64,000 nt of DNA from Longimicrobiales bacterium. Its GTDB lineage: Bacteria > Gemmatimonadota > Gemmatimonadetes > Longimicrobiales > Gaopeijiaceae. Of this stretch, positions 1 through 9,238 are shown piece after piece (the first letter of the stretch is position 1; each line of letters opens with the position of its first letter). The position numbers were made by a program, and so were the translations under genes. Where the stretch lies: the NCBI GenBank assembly GCA_965249725.1, contig CBDFMQ010000002.1, positions 736,001 through 800,000 on the forward strand. Reading direction: 5' to 3'. Below the pieces are notes generated by a model. The model ran no database searches. It saw nothing but the letters and a program-made list of their open reading frames with translations, and had not been told where the DNA came from.

Positions 1-230
1 ATTTCGCGTTGCCCTTGGCCGCCCTCCGGCTGAAGCAGGGGTTCGGTCGCCTGGTGCGCTCCCATGACGATCGCGGCAGCGTCGTGATCCTGGACGATCG
101 TATTCTGCGTAAACGGTATGGGGTCTACCTCCGAGACTCTCTTCCGCCGGCCCCTCTCGCCAAGGGGACGTGGGACGAGGTGGCGCGTATCCTCGCTCTG
201 TTTCACGGAGAGGATGAGGGGCTCGAATAG
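1..230 (+). CDS. DinG/YoaA-family helicase, C-terminal end (partial, runs off window start)
   Basis: LKQGFGRLVRSHDDRGSVVILDDR is helicase motif VI and the downstream segment typical of DinG family. Confidence 0.85.
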   Translation, partial: FALPLAALRLKQGFGRLVRSHDDRGSVVILDDRILRKRYGVYLRDSLPPAPLAKGTWDEVARILALFHGEDEGLE

Positions 231-350
231 CCGCCATTGGGGACCTTGTGGGAGGCGCGGGCCGCGGTAGATTCTGCTGTCGCCCGGGCACTCCCGGCTG
301 AGAGGCACTCCTTCGGAGGGCCTCCGGATCAACACAAAGGTGGATACGCA

Positions 351-551
351 ATGACTCGCGTTCTCGGCATGCTCGCTGGTGTCGGCATTCTCGTGATGGC
401 CGGCTTCACCCTCCAGGACTCAGCCGCCGGTTGGGCGGACGGTCACTCCGATATCGGATTTTGGTGGGCGGTCATCACCGTGTTGCTTACCATCGCCGGC
501 TTCGGCGCCATCATCGGAACCTGGCTCCACACCCAACCGACCGAGGACTGA
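351..551 (+). CDS. Small two-TM membrane protein
   Basis: ATG 351 after AAAGGTGGA; two hydrophobic segments. Confidence 0.7.
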   Translation: MTRVLGMLAGVGILVMAGFTLQDSAAGWADGHSDIGFWWAVITVLLTIAGFGAIIGTWLHTQPTED

Positions 552-555
552 CGTC

Positions 556-1203
556 ATCGACACGTCAGCGTTCCCCTCGAGGCCATCCAAGATCGTTTGC
601 ATCGGGCGCAACTATCACGCCCACGCCGCGGAGCTGGGCAACACGGTCCCCGACGAGCCCCTCATCTTCCTCAAGCCGCCCTCCAGCGTGATCGCGGCCG
701 GAGAACCCATCGTCGTGCCCACCGGAGTGGGTAGGGTGGACTACGAGGGAGAGATCGGGATTCTGATCGGAACCACCGCCCGACATATGTCCGAGGCGGA
801 TGCATGGAGCGTCGTGGCAGGGATTCTGCCCTTGAACGACGTGACCGCGAGGGATCTCCAGCGAAAGGACAGCCAGTGGTCCAGGGCCAAGGGGTTCGAC
901 ACGTTCTGCGCCATCGGGGACGTGGCTCCCTGTGACCCCTCAGGGTTCCTGGATCTGGTGATCGTCACCCGGGTCAACGGGGTCGAGCGTCAGAGGGCTC
1001 CGGCCTCTCAGATGGTGTTCGACGTGCCTTCGTTGATCGCCTACATCTCCCGGATCATGACGCTGGAGCCGGGCGATGTCATCGCCACCGGGACGCCCGA
1101 GGGCATCGGTGGGTTGGAGCCGGGCGACGAAGTCGAGATCGAGATCGAGGGTGTGGGAGTGCTCCGCAACCCGGTGGTAGGGGAAGAGGACGGTGGCGCC
1201 TAA
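556..1203 (+). CDS. Fumarylacetoacetate hydrolase family protein (start uncertain, probably non-canonical)
   Basis: KIVCIGRNYHAHAAELGN..EPLIFLKP is in frame upstream of GTG 688; DYEGE, NDVTARDLQ, KGFDTF, GDVIATGTP motifs. Confidence 0.9.
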   Translation: MDTSAFPSRPSKIVCIGRNYHAHAAELGNTVPDEPLIFLKPPSSVIAAGEPIVVPTGVGRVDYEGEIGILIGTTARHMSEADAWSVVAGILPLNDVTARDLQRKDSQWSRAKGFDTFCAIGDVAPCDPSGFLDLVIVTRVNGVERQRAPASQMVFDVPSLIAYISRIMTLEPGDVIATGTPEGIGGLEPGDEVEIEIEGVGVLRNPVVGEEDGGA

Positions 1204-2362
1204 GAGGAGTCGCGCGTTCTTGAGCCTTCCCGGGTATCCCCTGGCCGGTATTCCCGAGAAACGTCGACGCTTGGCGGCTGAAGGGGTCGATGTCATCGAC
1301 CTGGGAGCGGGCGACGCTGATCTGGACCCGCCCCCTGCCGCCGTGGCCGGACTCGCCGAAGCAGGCGGGCAGCGTGAGATGTCTCGCTATCCATTCCAGC
1401 TCGGACTTCCCGCCTTTCGTGAGTCGGTGGCCGCCTGGATGGAGAAGCGCTTCGGCGTCCAGTTGGATCCGCTCAAAGAGCTCCTGCCCCTACTGGGCTC
1501 TAAAGAGGGAATCGCCAATCTTCCGCTGGCCTTTCTCGACCCCGGGGACGTGGCCGTGATTCCGGATCCGGGCTACCAGGCCTACCGGGGTGGCGTGATC
1601 CTGGCCGGAGGGGAGCCCCATCTGGTGCCGCTTCGCCCGGAGAACGATTTCTTGATTCCATTGGACGGGTTCTCCGAGGACGTGCGGTCCCGGATTCGCA
1701 TGCTCTATCTGAACTACCCGAACAACCCCACGGCCGGCTCGGCACCCCTCGAGTATCTGCACGACGCGGTCGAGTTCTGTCGCGAAAACGATGTCGTGTT
1801 GGTCTATGACCACGCCTACAGCGAGATCGCGTTTAACGGCTATCGGCCGCCGGGCATCTTGGAACTCGAGGGCGCACGGGACGTGGCTCTGGAGTTCCAC
1901 TCTTTCTCGAAGACCTACAACATGACGGGGTGGCGCCTCGGTTGGGTCGCGGGGGGAGCCGAACTCATCGAGTCTCTGTCGAAGGTGAAGACCTTCGTCG
2001 ATACGGGGGTCTTCAAGGCCGTTCAGGCGGCCGGAGTCGCGGCGCTCGATGCCTACGACGAGTGGGTGCCCGGCAACGTGGCTCGCTTCGAGCGTCGAAG
2101 AGACGTGGCCGTGGAGAGCCTGCGGGCGGCGGGCTTCGAGGTGACGGTGCCCAAGGCCACCATGTATCTGTGGGTTCCAGTGCCGGGAGGCGAGCCCTCG
2201 TTGGAGTTCGCGGAGCGAGCCCTGGAAGAGCAGGGGGTGGTGGTCATGCCCGGGCAGGCGCTCGGGGCAGGAGGTGAGGGGTTCTTTAGAGTGGCCCTCA
2301 CGGTCGACGAAGAACGAATCAGAGAGGCGGCGGGTCGGCTGGGAAGGCTCATTCAGGCCTGA
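1193..2362 (+). CDS. PLP-dependent class I/II aminotransferase (LL-diaminopimelate aminotransferase-like)
   Basis: GSKEG, NYPNNPT, DHAY, SFSKTYNMTGWRLG. Confidence 0.9.
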   Translation: MAPKRSRAFLSLPGYPLAGIPEKRRRLAAEGVDVIDLGAGDADLDPPPAAVAGLAEAGGQREMSRYPFQLGLPAFRESVAAWMEKRFGVQLDPLKELLPLLGSKEGIANLPLAFLDPGDVAVIPDPGYQAYRGGVILAGGEPHLVPLRPENDFLIPLDGFSEDVRSRIRMLYLNYPNNPTAGSAPLEYLHDAVEFCRENDVVLVYDHAYSEIAFNGYRPPGILELEGARDVALEFHSFSKTYNMTGWRLGWVAGGAELIESLSKVKTFVDTGVFKAVQAAGVAALDAYDEWVPGNVARFERRRDVAVESLRAAGFEVTVPKATMYLWVPVPGGEPSLEFAERALEEQGVVVMPGQALGAGGEGFFRVALTVDEERIREAAGRLGRLIQA

Positions 2363-2416
2363 ATAGAGCGAGGGCTCCCGGAGGAACCGCCATTCCCAGG
2401 GGGTTTACTAGACCCG

Positions 2417-3289
2417 ATGACAGAGCAGCAGCCCCAGGATCAGCCGTCCAGGCACGGGTTGGTCGACAACCCCCGCGCCTCCCAGCGTCGTGCCATGGCG
2501 CTCGGATTCGGGCTGTCCATCATTCTCCATCTGTTCGTCATCATCCTGTATTCCTTGGGCCCCAGCGAGTGGGGTCCGACCGCGAACACTCTCGGGGTGG
2601 AGTCCGACTCTCGACCGTTCACGGGCATGCGTGTGGTGCAGGTGGTGGAGATCTCTCCGGAAGAAGAAGAGTCTAGCGAGGAAGAGCCGGACGCCGTCCT
2701 CGAGATCATCCCTGCGCGGGAGGTGCCCGTACAGGGACCGGAGCGGGCTGACGGGCCCTCGGATGAAGGCCCGGCCGAAGCAAGGGATGCCGGCGTCGGA
2801 GTAAGGGCCGCCGAGGTGATGAGAGTTCGGAGCTCCGACCACCGGCTGTGGCGCGCAGCCCTGCCCGAGCTCTTCGAGCTGACGGAGGCGGAGAGGCTTC
2901 AGCTGGAGCTGGCAGGGCTCCTGGAGGCCTGGCACGACTCCGTGGCGATAGCGCTCGCGTCCGAGTCGGCCCTTACCGACTGGACCATGACGGATGGCGA
3001 CGGAAACCGTTGGGGCATCTCGCAGGGCAAACTCCATCTCGGAAGCCTCACCCTGCCTCTTCCGGTGTACTTCGGCGGCAACTCGTGGCAACGGGAACGC
3101 GCTACCAGACGGGCCTGGGAGGATGCCGACATCCTCAACAATCTGAATTCACAAGCCGCGCGCGCGAGTTGGGGCGAGAGGGCCAAGGCCATCAGGGAAC
3201 GCAAGGAGAGGCAGCGCCGAGAGGCCGAGCAGCAGCCCGACTTGTTGCCCGACACTTCGCGCACCTCCGGGGGCCGACCTCCGCGTTAA
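2417..3289 (+). CDS. Hypothetical single-TM protein
   Basis: SIILHL TM anchor (TonB-like N-terminus), acidic linker, Trp-rich C-domain. Confidence 0.7.
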   Translation: MTEQQPQDQPSRHGLVDNPRASQRRAMALGFGLSIILHLFVIILYSLGPSEWGPTANTLGVESDSRPFTGMRVVQVVEISPEEEESSEEEPDAVLEIIPAREVPVQGPERADGPSDEGPAEARDAGVGVRAAEVMRVRSSDHRLWRAALPELFELTEAERLQLELAGLLEAWHDSVAIALASESALTDWTMTDGDGNRWGISQGKLHLGSLTLPLPVYFGGNSWQRERATRRAWEDADILNNLNSQAARASWGERAKAIRERKERQRREAEQQPDLLPDTSRTSGGRPPR

Positions 3290-3413
3290 GTCCGTTCATC
3301 CCAACACATAACCCTTTTCCTCCAGGGAACGGGCCGCAATATTCAAATGTTTCCCTAGGCCCGTCGTGTTTTCGCTCTTCCGGGTCCGGGGCTCATTGCA
3401 GAGACGGGCATTC

Positions 3414-4739
3414 GTGGACGAATCGCGCTCAGATCCGGGTCGGGGCATATACGTGGGTCTCTTGGAGGCCCTCGTGCAGGTCATGGGTATGGCCAAAGGC
3501 TACCTGTCCGGTCACGGCCCCCAGGTCGCAATGCTCGCGACGCGCTTGGCCGATCACCTGCAGGTGCCGGTCCGCGAGCGGTCGGAGATCCTGTTCGCCG
3601 CGATCCTCTCGGACATTGGGATGATCGGTCTCGTAGAAGAAGCGTGGGAAAACCCCGTGCTTGTTCTGCCCCCGGCCGCCCGGGCGCGGGTCCTGGAGCA
3701 TCCGGAGCGAAGCGAGCGCAGCATCAGGCAGATCGCGCACCTCAGTTCTCTGGCGCCCCTGGTACGGCACCATCACGAGTGGTGGGACGGCACGGGCTAT
3801 CCCGACGGACTACAGGGTGAACAGATCCCGCTGGGAGCGCAGATCCTGCGCCTGGCGGACACCGCAGTGGCCCTCAGCGCGGCTCGTCCTCAGCGCGGTC
3901 CCCTGGCACAGCACGAAATCGTGGCCGCGGTCGAGGCGGGGGTCAGCGAAGAGTTCGGGCCTATGGTGGTCGAAGCGTATCTCGATCTGGCGCGAAACGG
4001 TCGGTTGCCCGACTTCCACGATACCGTGTTCCACCACGCTTGCATGGACGCGGCTTACGAGTTGATTCCCGAAGAGGTGTCGCCGCTGTCGACCGAGGAG
4101 TTCCTAGACATCGTCGCGACGCTGATCGACGCCAAGGACCCTTACACGGCCGGTCATTCGCGGCGTGTGGCGAATTTGGCGGCGGTGTTGGCCGACCGCA
4201 TGGGCATGCGTTCTCAGATTCGCACGACCACGTGGGAGGCAGGCTACCTTCACGACCTCGGTAAGGTGAGCGTACCCCTCCGAGTGCTTACGAAGGACGG
4301 CCCGCTCGACGACGAGGAAAGAGACAGCATCCAGGGCCATGCGGCCGCCGGTGCAGAGATCTTGGGAGGGATTCCAGGCCTCAGGCACCTCTCACCCGGG
4401 CTTCGCTACCATCACGAGCGCTGGGACGGTAAGGGCTATCCCGAGGGATTGTCCGGCGATCGGATTCCCATGGTCGCCCAGATCCTGGGCGTCTGTGACA
4501 CGTACGACGCGATGACGTCGGGGCGAGTGTACCGATCTGCGTGTTCACACGGCGAGACGGTCGACGAGATCTCGAAGTCGGCGGGCACGCAATTCGGCCC
4601 CAAGGTGGCGGAGCACTTCGTCAAGCTCCCGTCTCACGTCTTCGAGGATCTCTGGAGCCCCGACAAGACGCTGGAGGGGTGGCTGCAACGGACGCTCGGC
4701 AGCCGCCGCAGGTCCGTGGGGCGTTCCACCGCCAGCTGA
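3414..4739 (+). CDS. Tandem HD-GYP domain phosphodiesterase
   Basis: Two HHExWDGxGYP motifs; DAKDPYTAGHS and HDLGK in domain 2. Confidence 0.9.
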   Translation: MDESRSDPGRGIYVGLLEALVQVMGMAKGYLSGHGPQVAMLATRLADHLQVPVRERSEILFAAILSDIGMIGLVEEAWENPVLVLPPAARARVLEHPERSERSIRQIAHLSSLAPLVRHHHEWWDGTGYPDGLQGEQIPLGAQILRLADTAVALSAARPQRGPLAQHEIVAAVEAGVSEEFGPMVVEAYLDLARNGRLPDFHDTVFHHACMDAAYELIPEEVSPLSTEEFLDIVATLIDAKDPYTAGHSRRVANLAAVLADRMGMRSQIRTTTWEAGYLHDLGKVSVPLRVLTKDGPLDDEERDSIQGHAAAGAEILGGIPGLRHLSPGLRYHHERWDGKGYPEGLSGDRIPMVAQILGVCDTYDAMTSGRVYRSACSHGETVDEISKSAGTQFGPKVAEHFVKLPSHVFEDLWSPDKTLEGWLQRTLGSRRRSVGRSTAS

Positions 4740-4913
4740 GCCACGGAGCCTAGCGGGGAGCCCCACCGTTGAGGCCCAGCGGCGGTCTTGGCGTGGGCCG
4801 GTACTAACCCTAAGCTAGAGTCCCGGAATCAGCGCAATCGGTCCGCTCGATTTGTACCGAACTCCTGACTCTGACACTAGCTCGACTCTCCAGACTTCCT
4901 GACAGGAGCGACC

Positions 4914-7670
4914 GTGGCCGACGCGTTGCCACCTCGCCTAGATCCGAAGACCATTGAAGGCCCGCTCTACAAACAGTGGAGTGAGCGTGGGTACTTCCAC
5001 ACCCGCCCCGCGGATGTCACCGAAGAGGGGCGGGACCCCTACGTCATCGTGATACCACCCCCGAACGTCACGGCCGTGCTGCACATGGGACATGGCCTGA
5101 ATGCTACGATCCAGGATGTGATGACGCGCTGGAGGCGCATGCAGGGTCGCGCCGCTCTCTGGGTTCCGGGCACGGATCACGCGGGCATCGCCACTCAGAA
5201 TGTCGTCGAGCGGCAGCTCGCGGCGGAGGGGACGTCCAGGCACGACTTAGGCAGGGAGGCGTTCGCCGAGCGTGTCTGGAGCTACGTAAAGGACACCGGC
5301 GGGACCATCCTCGAGCAGCTCAAAGTCCTCGGCTCGAGCTGCGATTGGGAGCGCACGCGTTTCACCTTGGACGACGGGCTCAGCGAGGCCGTTCGAGAGG
5401 TCTTCGTGCGCCTCTACGAGAAGGACCTGATCTACCGCGGTGAGTACATCATCAATTGGTGTCCCCGCTGTCTCACGGCTCTTTCTAATGAAGAGGCCGA
5501 GGGGGAGGAGATGGAGGGCCGGCTGTATCATCTCCGGTATCCGTTCGGCGAGAGTGCCGGCGGGGCGGCCCAGGCCGCCCGAGAGGCGGGGGCGGAGGCG
5601 ATCGGGCAGCTTGCAGACGGCCGGTGGTACCTCACCGTCTCGACCACCCGTCCGGAGACCATGCTCGGTGACACCGCCGTAGCCGTGAGTCCTAAGGATG
5701 AGCGTTATGCGGGATTGGTCGGTGCCGAGGTGGAGCTGCCCCTGACGTCACGCACCATCCCGATCATCTCGGATGAACACGTCGATCCCGAATTCGGGTC
5801 CGGCATGGTGAAGGTCACACCCGCTCACGACCCCAACGACTTCGAGATGGCTCAGCGCTCGGGGATTCCGCTGCTCGACATCATGACCCCCGACGCCCAG
5901 ATGAACGAGAACGCCCCGGAGGCCTATCGCGGTCTGGATCGGTTCGACGCCCGGAAGAAGGTGCTCGCGGACCTCGATGCGCCGGGGCTCGCCGGAGGCG
6001 AGGATCCGTATCCCCATACCGTTCCGCATTGCTACCGCTGCCACACGGTGGTGGAACCGCGCCTGAGCCTGCAGTGGTTCGTACGGATGAAGCCCCTTGC
6101 CGAGCCCGCGCTTCAGGCTTCTCGCGACGGCACCGTCACGTTCACCCCGACGCACTGGAAGAAGGTCTACGAGAACTGGATGGAGAACATCCGGGACTGG
6201 TGCATCTCCCGACAGCTCTGGTGGGGTCACCGGATTCCGGTGTGGTACTGTGGTGACTGTGAGGCAACGACTGTCGCCCGGCAGGACCCCGACCAGTGCG
6301 GGAGTTGCGGCGGAACGGACCTGACCCAGGACCCGGACGTGCTGGACACGTGGTTTTCGTCCTGGCTGTGGCCCTTTTCGGTCTTCGGTTGGCCCGAGGA
6401 GACCGACGACCTGAAGGCGTTCTATCCCACGCACGACATGACCACGGCACCCGAGATCCTCTTCTTCTGGGTGGCCCGCATGATCATGGCCGGGTACGAG
6501 TTCATGGGAGAGACACCCTTCACCCGGGTGTACCTGCACGGGACGGTGCGAGACAAGCAGGGTCGGAAGATGTCGAAGTCCTTGGGCAACGGCATCGATC
6601 CCCTCGAGGTGGCTGATCTGTTCGGTGCGGACGCGCTGCGTTTCACGCTGCTCTCGTCCGCGGGGATCGGGACCGACATCTATCTGGATCCGGAGGACCT
6701 GGAGGCGTCGTTCTCTCCCGGTCGCAATTTTGCCAACAAACTCTGGAATGCCGGGCGGTTCGCACTCATGAGCCTCGGAGAGGATCCCGTGCCGGCGCTG
6801 TCGTCGGTAGAGGCCGCCCTGGAACTCGAGGACCGCTGGATTCTCTCCCGTCTCCAACGGGCGGGCGGCGACGTGACCGAGGACCTGGACCGCTTCCGAC
6901 TCCACGAAGTGTCGGACCGGCTCTACCACTTCGTGTGGGGGGACTTCGCAGACTGGTACCTGGAGTTGATCAAACCGCGCATGCAGGGCGCGTCGGGAGA
7001 CGAGAGCCTGCAGGCTGCCCGCGCCACGCTCGTTGCGGTGCTGGACGGCATTTGTCGACTGCTTCATCCCCTCACGCCCTTCGTGACGTCCGCGCTCTGG
7101 GATCGACTTCCGTCGCCGGAAGGGGCCGAGCGTGCCGAGGCCCTCATGGTTGCCCAATGGCCCGAAGTGGACGAGGCGTTCCTCAATGCGGAAGCAGAGA
7201 CGCGAATCGGAGAGCTTCAAGAGCTGATCACGCAGGTGCGGAGTCTCCGCAAAGAGTACGGTGTGGCGGAGGGAACCCAGGTCACCGTGAAGCTGACCGG
7301 TCTAAGGGACGGATTCCGCACGATGGTCGAAGAACAGGGAACCGCTCTGAAGCGGTTGGCCCGGGTGGGTGTTTGCGAGGTGGACAGCCCCGCCGAGGGC
7401 GTCGGAGCCCACGCGGTTCTGAAGAACGGCGGGGAGGTGTTCGTGCCTCTCGACGGAGTCATTGACATTGAGCGAGAGCGGCAGCGGCTCCAGGCAGAGA
7501 TCCAGCGTCTCGGGGGGCAACTGGACGGATCGCGGAAGAGGATGGCCAACGAGAAGTTCGTTCAGCAAGCCCCCGAAGAGGTCGTCGAGCGTGAGCGCGA
7601 GAAGGCCCGCAGCTTCGAGGAGCAGCTCGACAAGCTCACGAGCAAGCTCGCGACCCTCGCCGACGGCTGA
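4914..7670 (+). CDS. valS: Valine--tRNA ligase
   Basis: PPPNVT..HMGH, DWCISRQLWWGH, KMSKS, C-terminal coiled coil. Confidence 0.98.
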   Translation: MADALPPRLDPKTIEGPLYKQWSERGYFHTRPADVTEEGRDPYVIVIPPPNVTAVLHMGHGLNATIQDVMTRWRRMQGRAALWVPGTDHAGIATQNVVERQLAAEGTSRHDLGREAFAERVWSYVKDTGGTILEQLKVLGSSCDWERTRFTLDDGLSEAVREVFVRLYEKDLIYRGEYIINWCPRCLTALSNEEAEGEEMEGRLYHLRYPFGESAGGAAQAAREAGAEAIGQLADGRWYLTVSTTRPETMLGDTAVAVSPKDERYAGLVGAEVELPLTSRTIPIISDEHVDPEFGSGMVKVTPAHDPNDFEMAQRSGIPLLDIMTPDAQMNENAPEAYRGLDRFDARKKVLADLDAPGLAGGEDPYPHTVPHCYRCHTVVEPRLSLQWFVRMKPLAEPALQASRDGTVTFTPTHWKKVYENWMENIRDWCISRQLWWGHRIPVWYCGDCEATTVARQDPDQCGSCGGTDLTQDPDVLDTWFSSWLWPFSVFGWPEETDDLKAFYPTHDMTTAPEILFFWVARMIMAGYEFMGETPFTRVYLHGTVRDKQGRKMSKSLGNGIDPLEVADLFGADALRFTLLSSAGIGTDIYLDPEDLEASFSPGRNFANKLWNAGRFALMSLGEDPVPALSSVEAALELEDRWILSRLQRAGGDVTEDLDRFRLHEVSDRLYHFVWGDFADWYLELIKPRMQGASGDESLQAARATLVAVLDGICRLLHPLTPFVTSALWDRLPSPEGAERAEALMVAQWPEVDEAFLNAEAETRIGELQELITQVRSLRKEYGVAEGTQVTVKLTGLRDGFRTMVEEQGTALKRLARVGVCEVDSPAEGVGAHAVLKNGGEVFVPLDGVIDIERERQRLQAEIQRLGGQLDGSRKRMANEKFVQQAPEEVVEREREKARSFEEQLDKLTSKLATLADG

Positions 7671-7687
7671 GCGACCGACCGGCGTCC

Positions 7688-9238
7688 GTGCCCATGCATA
7701 GGTCCGACCGAGTGCTGACCGGCTACGCCGCACGGCTCCTCGCGGTCTGCCTCGTCGCTGCGTGTGCCAGAGCGCAGGCGCCCCGCGGTGGGCCGCGGGA
7801 TCTTTCGGGGCCGCAGGTCGTCAGCACGTGGCCCGAACCGTTCGCGCAGGTCGAGGCATTCGACGACGCGATCCGAATCACGTACAACGAGCGGATCAGC
7901 GAACGGGGTGCGTCGGGTTCGCTGGACCAGGCGGTGCAGATCTCGCCCGAGTCCGGCGAGGTCGAAGTGCGCCACAAGAAGGACGGACTCGAGATCAAGA
8001 TGGAAGGTGGATTTCTGCCCGACATCGTGTATCGGGTCACGGTGCTGCCCACGGTCCAGGATCTCTTTCGAAACGCCATGCCGCAGCCCTTCGAGTTCGT
8101 GTTCTCTACCGGAGCCGAAATGCTGCCGAACGTCATCGCCGGCATGGTGTTCGATCGGCTCACATCCGAGGCGATGGACGGCGTGCGCGTCACCGCGCGA
8201 CATCAGCCTCTCGTCGTGGGCGGGTTGGGAGAGACCCAGGGACCGACCCACGTGGCGATCTCGGACAGCAGCGGTGTCTTCGCGTTTCGCTACCTGCCGC
8301 CGTTGGGCCGATATGTCCTCGAGGCGTTCGAGGATGCGAACCGGAACAAGGAGGCGGACTTCTTCGAGCCGGCCGGCAGCGGCTTTCAGGCCATCAGCGG
8401 ACCGGACACCGTATTTGCCGACCTGACCCTCCTGCGTCCCGATACCATCGCTGCCGTGATCAGCGACGCCGAGGCCGACGACTCCGTGACGGTGGCGGTC
8501 CAGTTCGACGACTACCTCGATCCCGATACGCCCTTGGACGGTGTGACGGCCGCGCTCTCACGCGACTCGGTTCCGGATCGGATCACCGTCTGGCAGCTCC
8601 TCCACGAACGGGAGTACCAGACGCGCGTCGAGGCCATCGAGGACTCTCTGTGGACGGCGGACTCCGTCTTGATCGTCGAGTCGGTGCGGGTGGTCGATTC
8701 GCTCCTGGCGGCCGGTGATACGGCCGCAGCCGATGAGGCACTCGCTGCGCGGCCGACCGTGGTGCCCGCACCTGCGGAGGGCCGAGGCGAGGACCCAGAC
8801 CGAGACCTGCCGAAGCGAACCATCTTCTTGCTCTTGAGTGATACGCTGATCTCCGATGAGACCTACGAGGTCACGGTGTCGGGCGTCATGAATATCAACG
8901 CGATCGCGGGTGGGGGCGGGACGGAGGAGTTCATGCGGGCCTCCCCGCCGGTGGATTCGGTAGCGATTGCGGACTCGATCGCTGCGGCCGACTCCCTGTC
9001 CGTGGCAGATTCTCTTCCTGCGGGGGACTCCCTAACCGCGGCTGACTCCGCCGCGGTGCCCGACTCGATACCGCCGGAGGTCGTGCAGCCGGACACGATC
9101 CGACCCGATACCGCGAGCGGCAATACGGCCGCGCGCGACCCCGTGCCGCCGGATCCACCCGGGTTCCTTCTCATCGGGGCGACGCTGCTCTGGGGGCGTC
9201 CGGACCCTGGCGGATCTGCAGGGGTGGAGGTGACATGA
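7688..9238 (+). CDS. Ig-like (Big_5-type) domain lipoprotein with acidic DS-rich tail
   Basis: Lipobox VAAC followed by PRGGPRD..GP; beta-rich; ADS repeats. Confidence 0.75.
   Translation: MPMHRSDRVLTGYAARLLAVCLVAACARAQAPRGGPRDLSGPQVVSTWPEPFAQVEAFDDAIRITYNERISERGASGSLDQAVQISPESGEVEVRHKKDGLEIKMEGGFLPDIVYRVTVLPTVQDLFRNAMPQPFEFVFSTGAEMLPNVIAGMVFDRLTSEAMDGVRVTARHQPLVVGGLGETQGPTHVAISDSSGVFAFRYLPPLGRYVLEAFEDANRNKEADFFEPAGSGFQAISGPDTVFADLTLLRPDTIAAVISDAEADDSVTVAVQFDDYLDPDTPLDGVTAALSRDSVPDRITVWQLLHEREYQTRVEAIEDSLWTADSVLIVESVRVVDSLLAAGDTAAADEALAARPTVVPAPAEGRGEDPDRDLPKRTIFLLLSDTLISDETYEVTVSGVMNINAIAGGGGTEEFMRASPPVDSVAIADSIAAADSLSVADSLPAGDSLTAADSAAVPDSIPPEVVQPDTIRPDTASGNTAARDPVPPDPPGFLLIGATLLWGRPDPGGSAGVEVT

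Noticed and set aside
4740..4913. T-box riboswitch upstream of valS
   Set aside because: No T-box consensus (GGTGGNACCGCG) or terminator/antiterminator seen
5748..7220. Long antisense ORFs (e.g. 490 aa opposite valS; others opposite pyrB, the SDR-like gene and the LVIVD gene)
   Set aside because: Shadow frames of GC-rich codon bias; no recognisable motifs
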